Origin: Bacteriovorax sp.
GTDB taxonomy: Bacteria > Bdellovibrionota > Bacteriovoracia > Bacteriovoracales > Bacteriovoracaceae
Assembly: GCA_014378525.1 (NCBI GenBank)
Contig: JACMNL010000040.1
Location: forward strand, 548-64,547
DNA: 64,000 nucleotides
Direction: 5' to 3'
The notes under the pieces were generated by a model. That model was not told where the DNA came from. It saw only the letters and a list, made by a program, of their open reading frames with translations, and did not search any database. Both the position numbers and the translations under genes were made by a program. Positions 10,150 through 19,181 of the stretch are shown one piece after another; within the stretch, counting starts at the first letter, position 1, and every line of letters begins with the position of its first letter.

Positions 10150-11018
10150 ACTTCGTTTGCTAGTTTACTTAACAGAGAGTCGGAAAGCCCTATTTTGGGC
10201 AGGTAGATGGTCTCAGGGTCAACTTCTTCCACAAGAGCAGAAAATATTTTTAAGGCAGGAGTAATCACTTCTGCGCGATCGAGTTTCAAATCAAATTTAG
10301 CTACAGCTTGGACCGGAGTGAGATCTTTTAATTCATTATATATGTAGATAACTTCATTTTTTTTAATCACTCCACTACTTCCAGCATCAAAAAACTTTTT
10401 GCGTAATTTTCCCAAGCGGCGCAGGTTTCCTCCAGTGCCAACCATCGTAATTTTTTCTCCGGCGGGAATATTAGATTGAATAAAACTTTTCATATCAGCG
10501 AGAATTTTTTCTCCCTCTTTTACTGGACGAAGGGTTCCATTGTTAAAACTTTCGAGCTTAACCACTACACCAGCTTTTAAAAAAATCAGTTCAGTACTAC
10601 CGCCACCGATATCCACTAATAACGTCGTACCACTTAATGTCGGAAGTTCAAGTGCCAGAACTTTACTAATGAGCTCTGCTTCTTCCATTCCTGTAATAAG
10701 CCTGACTTTTATCCCTGAAACTTCTTCAATATGCTTAATTACTATTGCTGAATTCTTAGCATCTCTTAGGGCACTGGTAGCAACGGCTTCAGTCTCTTCG
10801 GAATGGTAATATCTTATGTGACTTCCGAATTTTCTAAAGACCTCATAGATCTCGTCCTGTTTGGAACTTCCGATCTCTCCATTGGTGAAAACATCACTTC
10901 CAATACGCACTGGAAAGCGAAACTTCTCAACGACTTTATACTTACCCGTTGAGATGACGTCAGCGATAGTCAGTCTAATTGCGTTTGAACCAAAATCTAT
11001 TGCGGCCACTCTTTTCAT
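10146..11018 (-). CDS. ppx: Ppx/GppA-family exopolyphosphatase (ASKHA domains only)
   Basis: AAIDFGSNAIRL, ATSALRDAKN, GMEEA, VDIGGGSTEL, DRAEVI; 4-nt convergent overlap with ppk1. Confidence 0.88.
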   Translation of the reverse strand: MKRVAAIDFGSNAIRLTIADVISTGKYKVVEKFRFPVRIGSDVFTNGEIGSSKQDEIYEVFRKFGSHIRYYHSEETEAVATSALRDAKNSAIVIKHIEEVSGIKVRLITGMEEAELISKVLALELPTLSGTTLLVDIGGGSTELIFLKAGVVVKLESFNNGTLRPVKEGEKILADMKSFIQSNIPAGEKITMVGTGGNLRRLGKLRKKFFDAGSSGVIKKNEVIYIYNELKDLTPVQAVAKFDLKLDRAEVITPALKIFSALVEEVDPETIYLPKIGLSDSLLSKLANEV

Positions 11019-11137
11019 GTTTTTCCTAGAGATAGATCACTTCATACATCATACTGGAGAAGAATGTTTTCGCAAAGATATTGATAATTTTGAGTAAAAA
11101 CTAATACAATCCTGAAAATAAACCCGGAAAGTCGTCA

Positions 11138-11167
11138 TTGCCAAGGTGTACACCTCGGTGCTAGGCT
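11138..11167 (+). promoter_or_regulatory. sigma70-type promoter containing a palindromic Phd/YefM-type operator
   Basis: TTGCCA-N18-TAGGCT, with the perfect palindrome AGGTGTACACCT (11144-11155) in the spacer. Confidence 0.55.
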
Positions 11168-11185
11168 TTTATCCAAGAGGTGCAT

Positions 11186-11449
11186 ATGAAAACGACAACG
11201 CCAAAAGAATTGAGAAGTGAATTAAAGACTTTTTTAGATCACGCTTCAAAAGGACCTGTAAAAATTAAACGCCGTTCCGGTAAAAACTACATTCTAATCA
11301 GTGAAGAGAGATATTTAGAATTAGCAGATATCCCGCCAATGGTTTTGAAAAAACAACTCGCTCCTCTTAAGGGTGAGAAAAAAACCTCTAAAAAAGTTGC
11401 GACGACTAAAAAAGTAGCAAAAACGACTAAAAAAGAATCTAAAAAATAA
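11186..11449 (+). CDS. Phd/YefM-family antitoxin-like DNA-binding protein with Lys-rich tail (no adjacent toxin)
   Basis: TTTPKELRSELKTFLDHASKGPVKIKRRSGKNYILISEERY matches the Phd/YefM N-terminal fold; tail KKTSKKVATTKKVAKTTKKESKK. ATG 11186 after GAGG. Confidence 0.7.
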   Translation: MKTTTPKELRSELKTFLDHASKGPVKIKRRSGKNYILISEERYLELADIPPMVLKKQLAPLKGEKKTSKKVATTKKVAKTTKKESKK

Positions 11450-11458
11450 GTATTATAG

Positions 11459-11491
11459 AACCAGGTTTTGATTAAAATTTAAAACCTGGTT
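11459..11491 (+). terminator. Inverted repeat / probable terminator
   Basis: AACCAGGTTTT...AAAACCTGGTT immediately after the Phd-like gene. Confidence 0.5.
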
Positions 11492-11503
11492 TATTAAAAT
11501 TTT

Positions 11504-12001
11504 ATGCACATTATAATCATGAGGCATGCTGAAAAACCTTTCTCAGGAAACAGCTTAAGTGAAGCAGGCCATCTTCGTGCCACTCTACTCCCTGAATATT
11601 TTGAATCTAATAAAACGATTGCTGAACTTGGACCGCCTGCTGCAATGTATGCGATAGCTCCTGTAAGCGTCGGACGTTCAGTCAGGTCAATTCAAACTCT
11701 TCTCCCCATGGCGAATCACTTTAAAATTACTCTTAATCAAAAATACACAAAGTATCAGCTTGAAGAGTTAGCAGAAGCTGTGAAGACAGATAACCAATCA
11801 GCTGATGCTACCGTTATCATCTGCTGTAATCGTGGAAGTATTCCAGTACTGGCGAGATTGTTTGGAGTCAAAAATGCTCCAGAAATATGGAGCAGCGAGA
11901 TTTATAATAAATTATGGATTGTGAACTTTAAAGAAAATGAAAATGAAAATGTAAGCTTAGATGAGTTATCACTCAACATACTGCCAAGTGACATCAGCTA
12001 G
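11504..12001 (+). CDS. Histidine phosphatase superfamily protein
   Basis: IIIMRHAEKP..LSEAGHLRA..RSIQT; the second His position is not obvious (CCNRG). Confidence 0.7.
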   Translation: MHIIIMRHAEKPFSGNSLSEAGHLRATLLPEYFESNKTIAELGPPAAMYAIAPVSVGRSVRSIQTLLPMANHFKITLNQKYTKYQLEELAEAVKTDNQSADATVIICCNRGSIPVLARLFGVKNAPEIWSSEIYNKLWIVNFKENENENVSLDELSLNILPSDIS

Positions 12002-12582
12002 AATAAATTCAGCGGACAACTTACACTCAACACAACTTCATTACTACCAATCTCATTACTCCCCGATAAAGTCGTCGTCGTTGATCCCGAAATAAGTTTA
12101 TCCTGCGAAATAATACGATAAAGAAAATTCACACTTACAAGCGGATGAAATCCATTGTAGCCAAATCCTAATTCAATAGTATGCCCTTCATATTCGCTTC
12201 CAGTGGCAATCAAAGTAGATCCGCTGTTGGCAGTTTGAGTGTTCTTGAAAAAATAAGTTAACCAAGTTCTCACTATTCCGGGAAAATTGTACCCCACAAA
12301 AAGTCCAAACTCATTACGGCCAAAATCATTTCTATAACCACTCGTTAATTGCTCAAACGAAGAATGATTAAAATCCAGGCCGGCCATAGCATTCATATAA
12401 TTCGCACCCAGCTTTAAACCGTATTGAGCTCCGTTGTGCTTAATCATTGTTGCGGGTGTGCCATCACTCTGCCCGGTTCCGACCAGGACGTAACCGAGAT
12501 GCGGTTCAACTAATAAAATTGCATGTGCTTTGAAGGTAAATAAAAGGATTAGAGAGAGAATAATAATTTTAGTACTTTTCAT
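11998..12582 (-). CDS. Outer-membrane beta-barrel protein
   Basis: Signal peptide, alternating aromatic/Gly beta-strands, C-terminal Phe. Confidence 0.7.
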   Translation of the reverse strand: MKSTKIIILSLILLFTFKAHAILLVEPHLGYVLVGTGQSDGTPATMIKHNGAQYGLKLGANYMNAMAGLDFNHSSFEQLTSGYRNDFGRNEFGLFVGYNFPGIVRTWLTYFFKNTQTANSGSTLIATGSEYEGHTIELGFGYNGFHPLVSVNFLYRIISQDKLISGSTTTTLSGSNEIGSNEVVLSVSCPLNLF

Positions 12583-12617
12583 TCTTAAATATTATCGTGA
12601 ATTTGTTTAAAGGCAAG

Positions 12618-12650
12618 GGCCCATCGCATTGCTTTCGCAAACGATGGGTC
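12618..12650 (-). terminator. Hairpin terminator after the SWIB gene
   Basis: GGCCCATCG...CGATGGGTC stem with inner TTGC-TTTC-GCAA. Confidence 0.5.
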
Positions 12651-12660
12651 TGATAAAAAT

Positions 12661-12987
12661 TTATTCGATGTTCGCGCCAACAACAGATGCTAATTGAAGC
12701 ATGTTGATTGTCTGTCCTAGTTTAAGCCCTGTGAAGTCTGTCACTTTACCAGAAGATTTACTTGTTACTTTGGTTGCATTGAAAAGTTTAAGAAGAGTTT
12801 CGTCAGCCACGATATATTTTCCTGCACCTTCAGCTTTTCCGTTTTCTGTTTTTGCCTGAAGATTATTTGCTTTGATATAATCCCAGAACTTTTGTGTGAT
12901 CGCAGTTCTTGGAAGTTCTTTACTCCCGCAAAATACTGCTAAATCTGCTTTTAACACTACTGGTTTATTTAATCCTACTTCTGCCAT
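12661..12987 (-). CDS. Stand-alone SWIB/MDM2-domain protein
   Basis: GLNKPVVLKADLAVFCGSKELPRTAITQKFWDYIKANNLQ...YIVADETLLKLF...INMLQLASVV matches the SWIB pattern. ATG 12987 after AAGGA. Confidence 0.8.
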   Translation of the reverse strand: MAEVGLNKPVVLKADLAVFCGSKELPRTAITQKFWDYIKANNLQAKTENGKAEGAGKYIVADETLLKLFNATKVTSKSSGKVTDFTGLKLGQTINMLQLASVVGANIE

Positions 12988-13129
12988 TTTTATGTCCTTC
13001 GTTATATTTAAAAATATATTATTGAACAATTTTTTTTAACTAGCGAGGAAAAATACATTTTAATACTCATATTTACCCCAAACAGGGTTAGTTCGACACT
13101 GCGAAGAGCAAATTCTATAAAAAAGTTAT

Positions 13130-14272
13130 TTATTTTTGTCTTGAATCTATAGGTATTTTGATGAAAAAAGTCGTTCCTTTCCCCGGGGAACTTTCAACTC
13201 TCACTTTCCCCTTATGAGCTTCAGTTAATCCCTTAACAATGGCCAGTCCGATCCCCCAGCCAACTTGTTTGTCACTATTAGATTGTTTAAACCGGCTGTA
13301 TTGATCAAAAAGATATTTCTGTTCTTCTATTGGTATGTGTTGACCTTCATTGTGAATACTAATCTCTACAAAATGATGATCAGTATTCAAGCTGATATTT
13401 ATTGGTATGTGTTGGTCACCATACTTAACTGCATTGATTAACAAATTTTCAAGCAGACGGTAAATTGCAATGTTATCCCAATATCCACTAATTTCACCGC
13501 AATGATTTTTAAAACAAAATCTTGGGCCATAAATATCTTTCAAATCACTAATGACGTTTTCAATGACCAAATCGAGTCTGCACTCATTCAATAATACTTG
13601 TATTCCGGCACCGGCACGAATTCTGCTGGCATCCAGTAAGTCATAAATTAATCTGTCGGCCCGATCTATACTATTAGAAACTTTCTCGGCCATTTCCTTA
13701 ACTGTTTTTGGATCATCAAATTCCCGTTTTAAAATTTCAGTACATAGTTTTGCAATGGCCAGTGGACTTCTAAGATCATGCGTAAGTGCTGAAACAAATC
13801 TATCGCGCAACTCTCTTTCCTGTTCCAGATTTTTAAGACTTTCTTCGAGTTGAATTCTTGTACGAACCCTATCAGTCACTTCTCTAGGTGTCGCCAGGAT
13901 TCGAATAGGCTCATTTTCTCCAAAATGGAGGCAGGAAAATGTCGAATCAAAATACCGGTCTTCCAGCTTCCCGCTTTCTTTATTTAAAATTTGTGCGAGC
14001 CTTTCATGAGAGACATAATGTTTACCCGTATCATGTACTTTTTTAAGAATTTCAGGAAAAGGAGTATTTTTTAATTCAGGGATAGCATCAAATAATGATT
14101 GTCCGATGTGGACGCGTCCCTGATAAATGTCCTGATATTTTGAATTGAACATTTCAAGGATCATATCCGGGCCTTGAAAAATAACCATTGGTGTTTCAGA
14201 GCCATAAAAAATGGCGTTCAGTTTTTGTTGCAAATTATTAAATTTTAGCTCGAAATCTTTATTTTCAGACAT
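13130..14272 (-). CDS. PAS-domain sensor histidine kinase
   Basis: N-terminal PAS-like segment; H-box LTHDLRSPL; N-box NLLINAVKY; G-boxes GWGIGL and GKGTTF. Start moved to ATG 14272. Confidence 0.9.
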   Translation of the reverse strand: MSENKDFELKFNNLQQKLNAIFYGSETPMVIFQGPDMILEMFNSKYQDIYQGRVHIGQSLFDAIPELKNTPFPEILKKVHDTGKHYVSHERLAQILNKESGKLEDRYFDSTFSCLHFGENEPIRILATPREVTDRVRTRIQLEESLKNLEQERELRDRFVSALTHDLRSPLAIAKLCTEILKREFDDPKTVKEMAEKVSNSIDRADRLIYDLLDASRIRAGAGIQVLLNECRLDLVIENVISDLKDIYGPRFCFKNHCGEISGYWDNIAIYRLLENLLINAVKYGDQHIPINISLNTDHHFVEISIHNEGQHIPIEEQKYLFDQYSRFKQSNSDKQVGWGIGLAIVKGLTEAHKGKVRVESSPGKGTTFFIKIPIDSRQK

Positions 14273-14421
14273 ACTTAATTCCTTATTGCTCAATAATGAT
14301 AATAACAATTTACACACATTGTAATTACGCTTGATAGTAATTCTTAAAAAATAAAATATTCGACTTGATTAGTGACTATATCAGTTAGATATTTTAATAT
14401 GTTTACAATTGAGGATTAAGA

Positions 14422-14643
14422 ATGAATAAAGATTTATATAAAGACGAATTTGGCAATTATCACGAAGTTGAAGACGAAAAAGTCGATACTCTCGACGGAC
14501 TTGAAGATGATGAGCAAGACATAACTGACGAAGATGAAGATTCAGATGATCTTTTTGATTCAGCAGAAGAAGACAGCGAATATGACGAGGACGAAGAATA
14601 CGCGAGTGAGCGTCGTCCCGAATTTGATTCTGAAGACGAGTAA
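14422..14643 (+). CDS. Small, extremely acidic protein
   Basis: 37 of 73 residues are D/E; GAGG RBS; fills the intergenic gap. Confidence 0.65.
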   Translation: MNKDLYKDEFGNYHEVEDEKVDTLDGLEDDEQDITDEDEDSDDLFDSAEEDSEYDEDEEYASERRPEFDSEDE

Positions 14644-14651
14644 GGTCCTGC

Positions 14652-15671
14652 CTATTTTTCCGCCACCCAATACTTTGAAAGTAATTTAAATTGCGATTGA
14701 ATATTCTTAAATCCAATTTCATGAAGTGTGGAATTCAGTTTCCAGATTGTATATCCTTTATAAAACGGCTCATGATAATCAATGGGAAAATTTTCCAGAA
14801 CGCAATTCAATCTGGGGACATCATCTTTTTGGAGTGAATCACAGATCCCTAATACTCCCCCCTTCTTTAAAACTCTTTGCGATTCCAAAAGAACTTTTTC
14901 CCGGACGGCCTGTGGCAGCTCGTGAAATAAATAAACAGAAAAAACCACATCGAATTCTTCATCCGCAAACGGAAGTGATTCTGCTGCCGTCTGAACAAAT
15001 TTTAATTTAGGATTACTAAATCTTGCTTTTGCTGCATTCAAATAATGTTCAGATACATCTGTGACCGTATATGAACTAAAATTAAAAGCTTTCGCATAAT
15101 CAAGAGTGGCAGAGCCAACTCCTGCTCCAAGCTCCAGGATTTTGAGTGGCCTGTCACTGGAGATCTTTTCTTTGATCATTTTAATCAGCATTCGTCTCAT
15201 CGGACCTGCCGTGCCTGAAAAAAGAACTTCAACCTGATGCTCGTAGAGTCTGGCAGACTGCTCGGAAAAATAACCGTCAGTTTGAAAATGATAATTACGC
15301 TTTAAATAATCCGGGGCATCCTCGGGCTCAATATCAAAATCTTTTTTAATATTAAATTTTCTCCGGCGGGATATCTTTAAGGAATCGAGTAAAAGATGAG
15401 GCAAATTTTTTAAATGTTCTTTAGGGCCTTTGGGTTTGATCACTTCAATGGGATAAAATCCATCGGCAATATTTTTTGCGTCTTCCTGATGAAGCTTCAA
15501 TACTCCGTCTCTAAGATATTTTATAAGTTCTTTATCCTTTTCCTGATAAGGCGGCTTCACGAAAAATGAAAAGCTTTTTGAGAGCTGATTCATTATTCTA
15601 TACTCAGTCGAGTACAAAATAGTTTTTGCAAGATTAGAGGCCACGATTGAGTTTTCTATGAAATTTTTCAT
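14652..15671 (-). CDS. Class I SAM-dependent methyltransferase
   Basis: ILELGAGVG, DVSEHYL, AAESLPFADEEFDVV, LKKGG; N-terminal NYHFQTDGY region. Confidence 0.88.
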   Translation of the reverse strand: MKNFIENSIVASNLAKTILYSTEYRIMNQLSKSFSFFVKPPYQEKDKELIKYLRDGVLKLHQEDAKNIADGFYPIEVIKPKGPKEHLKNLPHLLLDSLKISRRRKFNIKKDFDIEPEDAPDYLKRNYHFQTDGYFSEQSARLYEHQVEVLFSGTAGPMRRMLIKMIKEKISSDRPLKILELGAGVGSATLDYAKAFNFSSYTVTDVSEHYLNAAKARFSNPKLKFVQTAAESLPFADEEFDVVFSVYLFHELPQAVREKVLLESQRVLKKGGVLGICDSLQKDDVPRLNCVLENFPIDYHEPFYKGYTIWKLNSTLHEIGFKNIQSQFKLLSKYWVAEK

Positions 15672-15804
15672 GAGATTATTATAGGACTTTTCATAGTCAT
15701 GAAAAAGCCCGTAGAAGCGTTGTCTACTCTATACCCGACTGTATAAGTATAAACAGCATCAGATGATATAATTTATTCTTAAAATGATTTTCATATTGTG
15801 GCCA

Positions 15805-15820
15805 TGGCCTTTCAATTGCA
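15805..15820 (+). promoter_or_regulatory. Candidate sigma54 -24/-12 promoter
   Basis: TGGCCTTTCAATTGCA lies 28 nt before ATG 15849. Confidence 0.55.
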
Positions 15821-15848
15821 ATTGCTTCTGAAAAAACATGGAGGTCAT

Positions 15849-16583
15849 ATGAAAGTTTTTTTATCTGTATTATTAACATTAAATTTAAGCACTGCTCTTG
15901 CTCATGAAGTAACCTATTGGGGAAAGAGTGTCATTGTCGGAAATGGTTACGCCAAATCTTATGTCAAAATGGATCATGCGAACAAACCTTTAGAAATTGG
16001 AGTTGCAATTACAGAAGATGGGCTGGTCAATCTTCCTCAAAATGAAATGGAAGAGTACATTCTACCTATGCCTGTTGAAACAAATGTAATGCCCTATAAG
16101 CACATTACACTCGACTGGAATCCCCATGGCCATGAGCCGGATGGAGTTTATAATACACCTCATTTTGATTTCCATTTTTATTTTATTACAAATGAACAAC
16201 GTCAGGCCATTACTTGCATGGGTAGTGATGAAGCACCTTGTTTACAAATGCCGGTATCAGATAATTTAGTGGCAAATTATGCTCCGGGACCATCCGGTGT
16301 TCCAAAAATGGGTTGGCATTGGGTAGATCTCCTCTCTCCTGAATTTAATGGAGGCATTTTTACCCGTACACTAATCTATGGCTACTACGGAGGAAAACCG
16401 ATTTTTTTAGAGCCGATGATAACTTTAGAATTTCTTCAGTCTAAGGAAAAAAGCTGCAAAGAAATCAGAATGCCAAACGTTTTTCCAGACAGTGGTTATT
16501 ATCCTAAGAACTATGAAATTTCTTTTGATCAAAAATTAAAAGTTCATACAGTCGTACTAAAAAGTTTTAATACTCAGGAATAA
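15849..16583 (+). CDS. Exported His-rich protein (DUF5602-like)
   Basis: Signal peptide; DWNPHGHEP..PHFDFHFY and MGWHW motifs; GGAGG RBS. The family name is from recall. Confidence 0.65.
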   Translation: MKVFLSVLLTLNLSTALAHEVTYWGKSVIVGNGYAKSYVKMDHANKPLEIGVAITEDGLVNLPQNEMEEYILPMPVETNVMPYKHITLDWNPHGHEPDGVYNTPHFDFHFYFITNEQRQAITCMGSDEAPCLQMPVSDNLVANYAPGPSGVPKMGWHWVDLLSPEFNGGIFTRTLIYGYYGGKPIFLEPMITLEFLQSKEKSCKEIRMPNVFPDSGYYPKNYEISFDQKLKVHTVVLKSFNTQE

Positions 16584-16590
16584 AAAACAG

Positions 16591-16619
16591 AGGTGCCACC
16601 TTTGGAGTTGCACCTTTTT
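16591..16619 (+). terminator. Rho-independent terminator
   Basis: AGGTGC...GCACCT followed by a T-run. Confidence 0.5.
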
Positions 16620-16710
16620 GAAAAATATTTTTGCCCCAAATGACTCAACTGTCATTATCTATTGTCTTACTTTAGTCATTACAACTATCTCATAACACAT
16701 TAAACAGATG

Positions 16711-16726
16711 TGGCACTATGATTGCT
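16711..16726 (+). promoter_or_regulatory. sigma54 -24/-12 promoter
   Basis: TGGCACTATGATTGCT matches TGGCAC-N5-TTGCW exactly and lies 37 nt before ATG 16764. Confidence 0.7.
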
Positions 16727-16763
16727 CTTTATATAAGGTGCAAACTACTTCAAAGGAAGCTTT

Positions 16764-17918
16764 ATGCTTTACGATTTTTTAGAAAAAAACCAAAAAGAAA
16801 TTTTAGATTTGACCGAAAAAAAATCGCTTGTTCTCGCCGGAAATCTTCAGAGCTCAGAGCAACTGAAACGAGGACTTCCTATTTTTTATAATCAACTAAA
16901 AGAGGTACTACTTCTTAAAGGTGCAGAAAATTCAAATACAAAAAACGACGCAGATAAAGAAAAAGCTGCAGGTGATAATGATGAACCCGCCATGGCAAAA
17001 GCAGAAGGACGTCCAAGTGAAATTGTCTTGGCAAAATCTGCAGGTGATCACGGAATTGAACTGTTGAAATTAGGTTACACGCTCTCGCACGTAGTACATG
17101 CCTATGGGGCCATGTGCCAGTCAATCACAGAACTGGCCATCAAAAAAAATGAAAATATCACAGCTTCTGAATTTCATGATCTTAACAGATGTTTAGATAC
17201 GGCCATTGCAGGAGCAGTGACGAGTTACGAAGAATATCAAAATCTGGATACTAATAAACAGGAAGTAGAACATCTCGGTTTTCTTGCTCATGAACTTAGA
17301 AATGCACTCACAAGTGTAAATTTCGCACTTCAAATTATAAAACTCGGAACCGTTGGTTTCGCTGGAAGCACGGGAAAAGTTTTAGACAGAGGTTTAAAGC
17401 GAATAGAAAATCTTATCGACCGCTCTCTGACAGAGGTCCGATTAAATGCAAGTCCTAAAATTATTCCGACAAAAGAGTTTTTATTTCAACAGGTAGAGCA
17501 AATTCTTATAACTGCTAACATTGAAGCAAAATATAAAGATCAAAAACTTAAAACAGATATTGATTCAAGTCTGGTTATCGAAGCTGATCAGCAGCTTTTT
17601 CATTCTGCACTTTCTAACATCATTCAAAATGCTATTAAGTATACTCCTAATGGAGGAACAATCCAGATCAGAGGTTTTCATGAGAAAGAAAATATTGTCA
17701 TAGAAGTTGAAGATGAATGTGGTGGATTAAAAAATCCAAACACTGATTTATTTAAACCTTACGTTCAACAGAATGAAAACCGCAAAGGTCTGGGGCTGGG
17801 ATTGACCATTGCTCAGAAAGCAATGTCGTTAAATCATGGCGCGATCAATGTGAAAAATCTTCCAGAAAAAGGTTGTATCTTCAAAATCACCTTACCTCAA
17901 GAGGCACAACTACAATGA
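16764..17918 (+). CDS. Cytoplasmic sensor histidine kinase with helical (RsbRD_N-like) input domain
   Basis: FLAHELRNAL, NIIQNAIKYT, DECGG, GLGLGL; no TM segments. Confidence 0.88.
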   Translation: MLYDFLEKNQKEILDLTEKKSLVLAGNLQSSEQLKRGLPIFYNQLKEVLLLKGAENSNTKNDADKEKAAGDNDEPAMAKAEGRPSEIVLAKSAGDHGIELLKLGYTLSHVVHAYGAMCQSITELAIKKNENITASEFHDLNRCLDTAIAGAVTSYEEYQNLDTNKQEVEHLGFLAHELRNALTSVNFALQIIKLGTVGFAGSTGKVLDRGLKRIENLIDRSLTEVRLNASPKIIPTKEFLFQQVEQILITANIEAKYKDQKLKTDIDSSLVIEADQQLFHSALSNIIQNAIKYTPNGGTIQIRGFHEKENIVIEVEDECGGLKNPNTDLFKPYVQQNENRKGLGLGLTIAQKAMSLNHGAINVKNLPEKGCIFKITLPQEAQLQ

Positions 17919-17944
17919 TCTAAGAATAATATAAATAATTTATT

Positions 17945-18352
17945 TTAATTTTCTTCTTTGATCTTGCATTCCAGTTGATGATTTCTTTCTTTGGCATCTT
18001 CAACAGCTTTTAATATTTCTTCCAGCTCCATTGGTTTTTTAATAACGGCCGTACAGCAGTCATTGAGATTCACCAGAACTTCTGGAAGTTGATTCACATT
18101 TGCTGTCATGATGATCACAGGAAAATGCTTTTTATTTTCTCTACACCAATCCAGAAGCTCTACCCCATTCATATTTGGCATTTTAAAATCAGTTATTAAA
18201 AGATCGAAGTCTTTTTTTGCAAGAAGTGCTGTGGCCTGTATGCCATCAAACACCTGTGTACAGGAATATCCTTCAGATATTAAAATATCATAAATAACAT
18301 TATTGATATCCTGGCAGTCATCGACTAGAAGAATTTTATATTGTTCAGTCAT
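17945..18352 (-). CDS. Single-domain response regulator
   Basis: ILLVDD, LITDFKMPNMNG, IIMTA, IKKP: all catalytic positions are intact. Confidence 0.92.
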   Translation of the reverse strand: MTEQYKILLVDDCQDINNVIYDILISEGYSCTQVFDGIQATALLAKKDFDLLITDFKMPNMNGVELLDWCRENKKHFPVIIMTANVNQLPEVLVNLNDCCTAVIKKPMELEEILKAVEDAKERNHQLECKIKEEN

Positions 18353-18460
18353 TTTTGTTCCATTTTATTTTAGAGTTTAAGAACCACATTCTTAGTATTT
18401 AACACATAAAAGCAAATGTTTCCAGACCCAAACGGAGTAGTGAAAATTGGTATAAATAGT

Positions 18461-18871
18461 TTAAAGTACGATAGTACATTCGTAAGTTTTAGAATCATAA
18501 ATCATTGAGCAGTTTATCGCATTAACCGTCATGTAACGTGAACCAGCAGCTGGTTCAAATTCAACTAATTTTTCCAATGATTTTGCGAGACCTAACGATT
18601 CATTTAAGTAAGGAGGATTTGTATATTCACCTTCGCTGCATTTAACATTTGCCATCATCTCATCCGGAAATATTGCTGAATATCTGCAAGAAATGTCCTT
18701 CGTCTTTACTTTTAATGTTTGTCCTGACCACTCACCTTCAGCACTTTCTAATGGAAAACCATTTGCAATCAGTGCTTCCATGACAGAGCGGGCATCATTA
18801 CCTTTTACTATGACATTTGCGAAAGCGGCCTGAGCAAAAAGAGAAATAAAAACCATTGATAGAACTTTCAT
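18461..18871 (-). CDS. Hypothetical exported protein
   Basis: Start moved to ATG 18871 (GGAG RBS); signal peptide ending AQAAFA; 4 Cys. Confidence 0.7.
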   Translation of the reverse strand: MKVLSMVFISLFAQAAFANVIVKGNDARSVMEALIANGFPLESAEGEWSGQTLKVKTKDISCRYSAIFPDEMMANVKCSEGEYTNPPYLNESLGLAKSLEKLVEFEPAAGSRYMTVNAINCSMIYDSKTYECTIVL

Positions 18872-19181
18872 ATAGACTCCTTTGTAGTATTGAGCAGAAA
18901 CTACAACAGGCCTATACTCTTGAAAATTAGAATTAATGGCATGAATTCTTCCAATAAATGGAAGGATAATACACCATAAAAGTAAAATAATGTTCGTCTG
19001 AAAACCTTCTAAAAAAATCTTTTTTGATACCATTGCTGAACAAATTGTTTAAATCCTAGTCCCAATAACCAATCTTGCCAGGACATATTACTGCAAACAT
19101 ATATGGGCACCGGTTAACAAGTTAAATAGGCATAATGCCTTCGACAGTATGATGAATTCTGCTTGTAACATATAATAAGCT

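Noticed and set aside
11186-12001. Phd-like gene plus downstream ORF as a type II toxin-antitoxin pair
   Set aside because: The downstream ORF is a histidine-phosphatase-fold protein separated by a hairpin; it has no Doc/Fic, RelE or PIN motifs.
18872-19033. N-terminal extension of the 18461 ORF, and similar long starts at 2843, 5163, 15798, 23312, 27674 and 51560
   Set aside because: Downstream starts have a better RBS and begin with a signal peptide or the family N-terminus.
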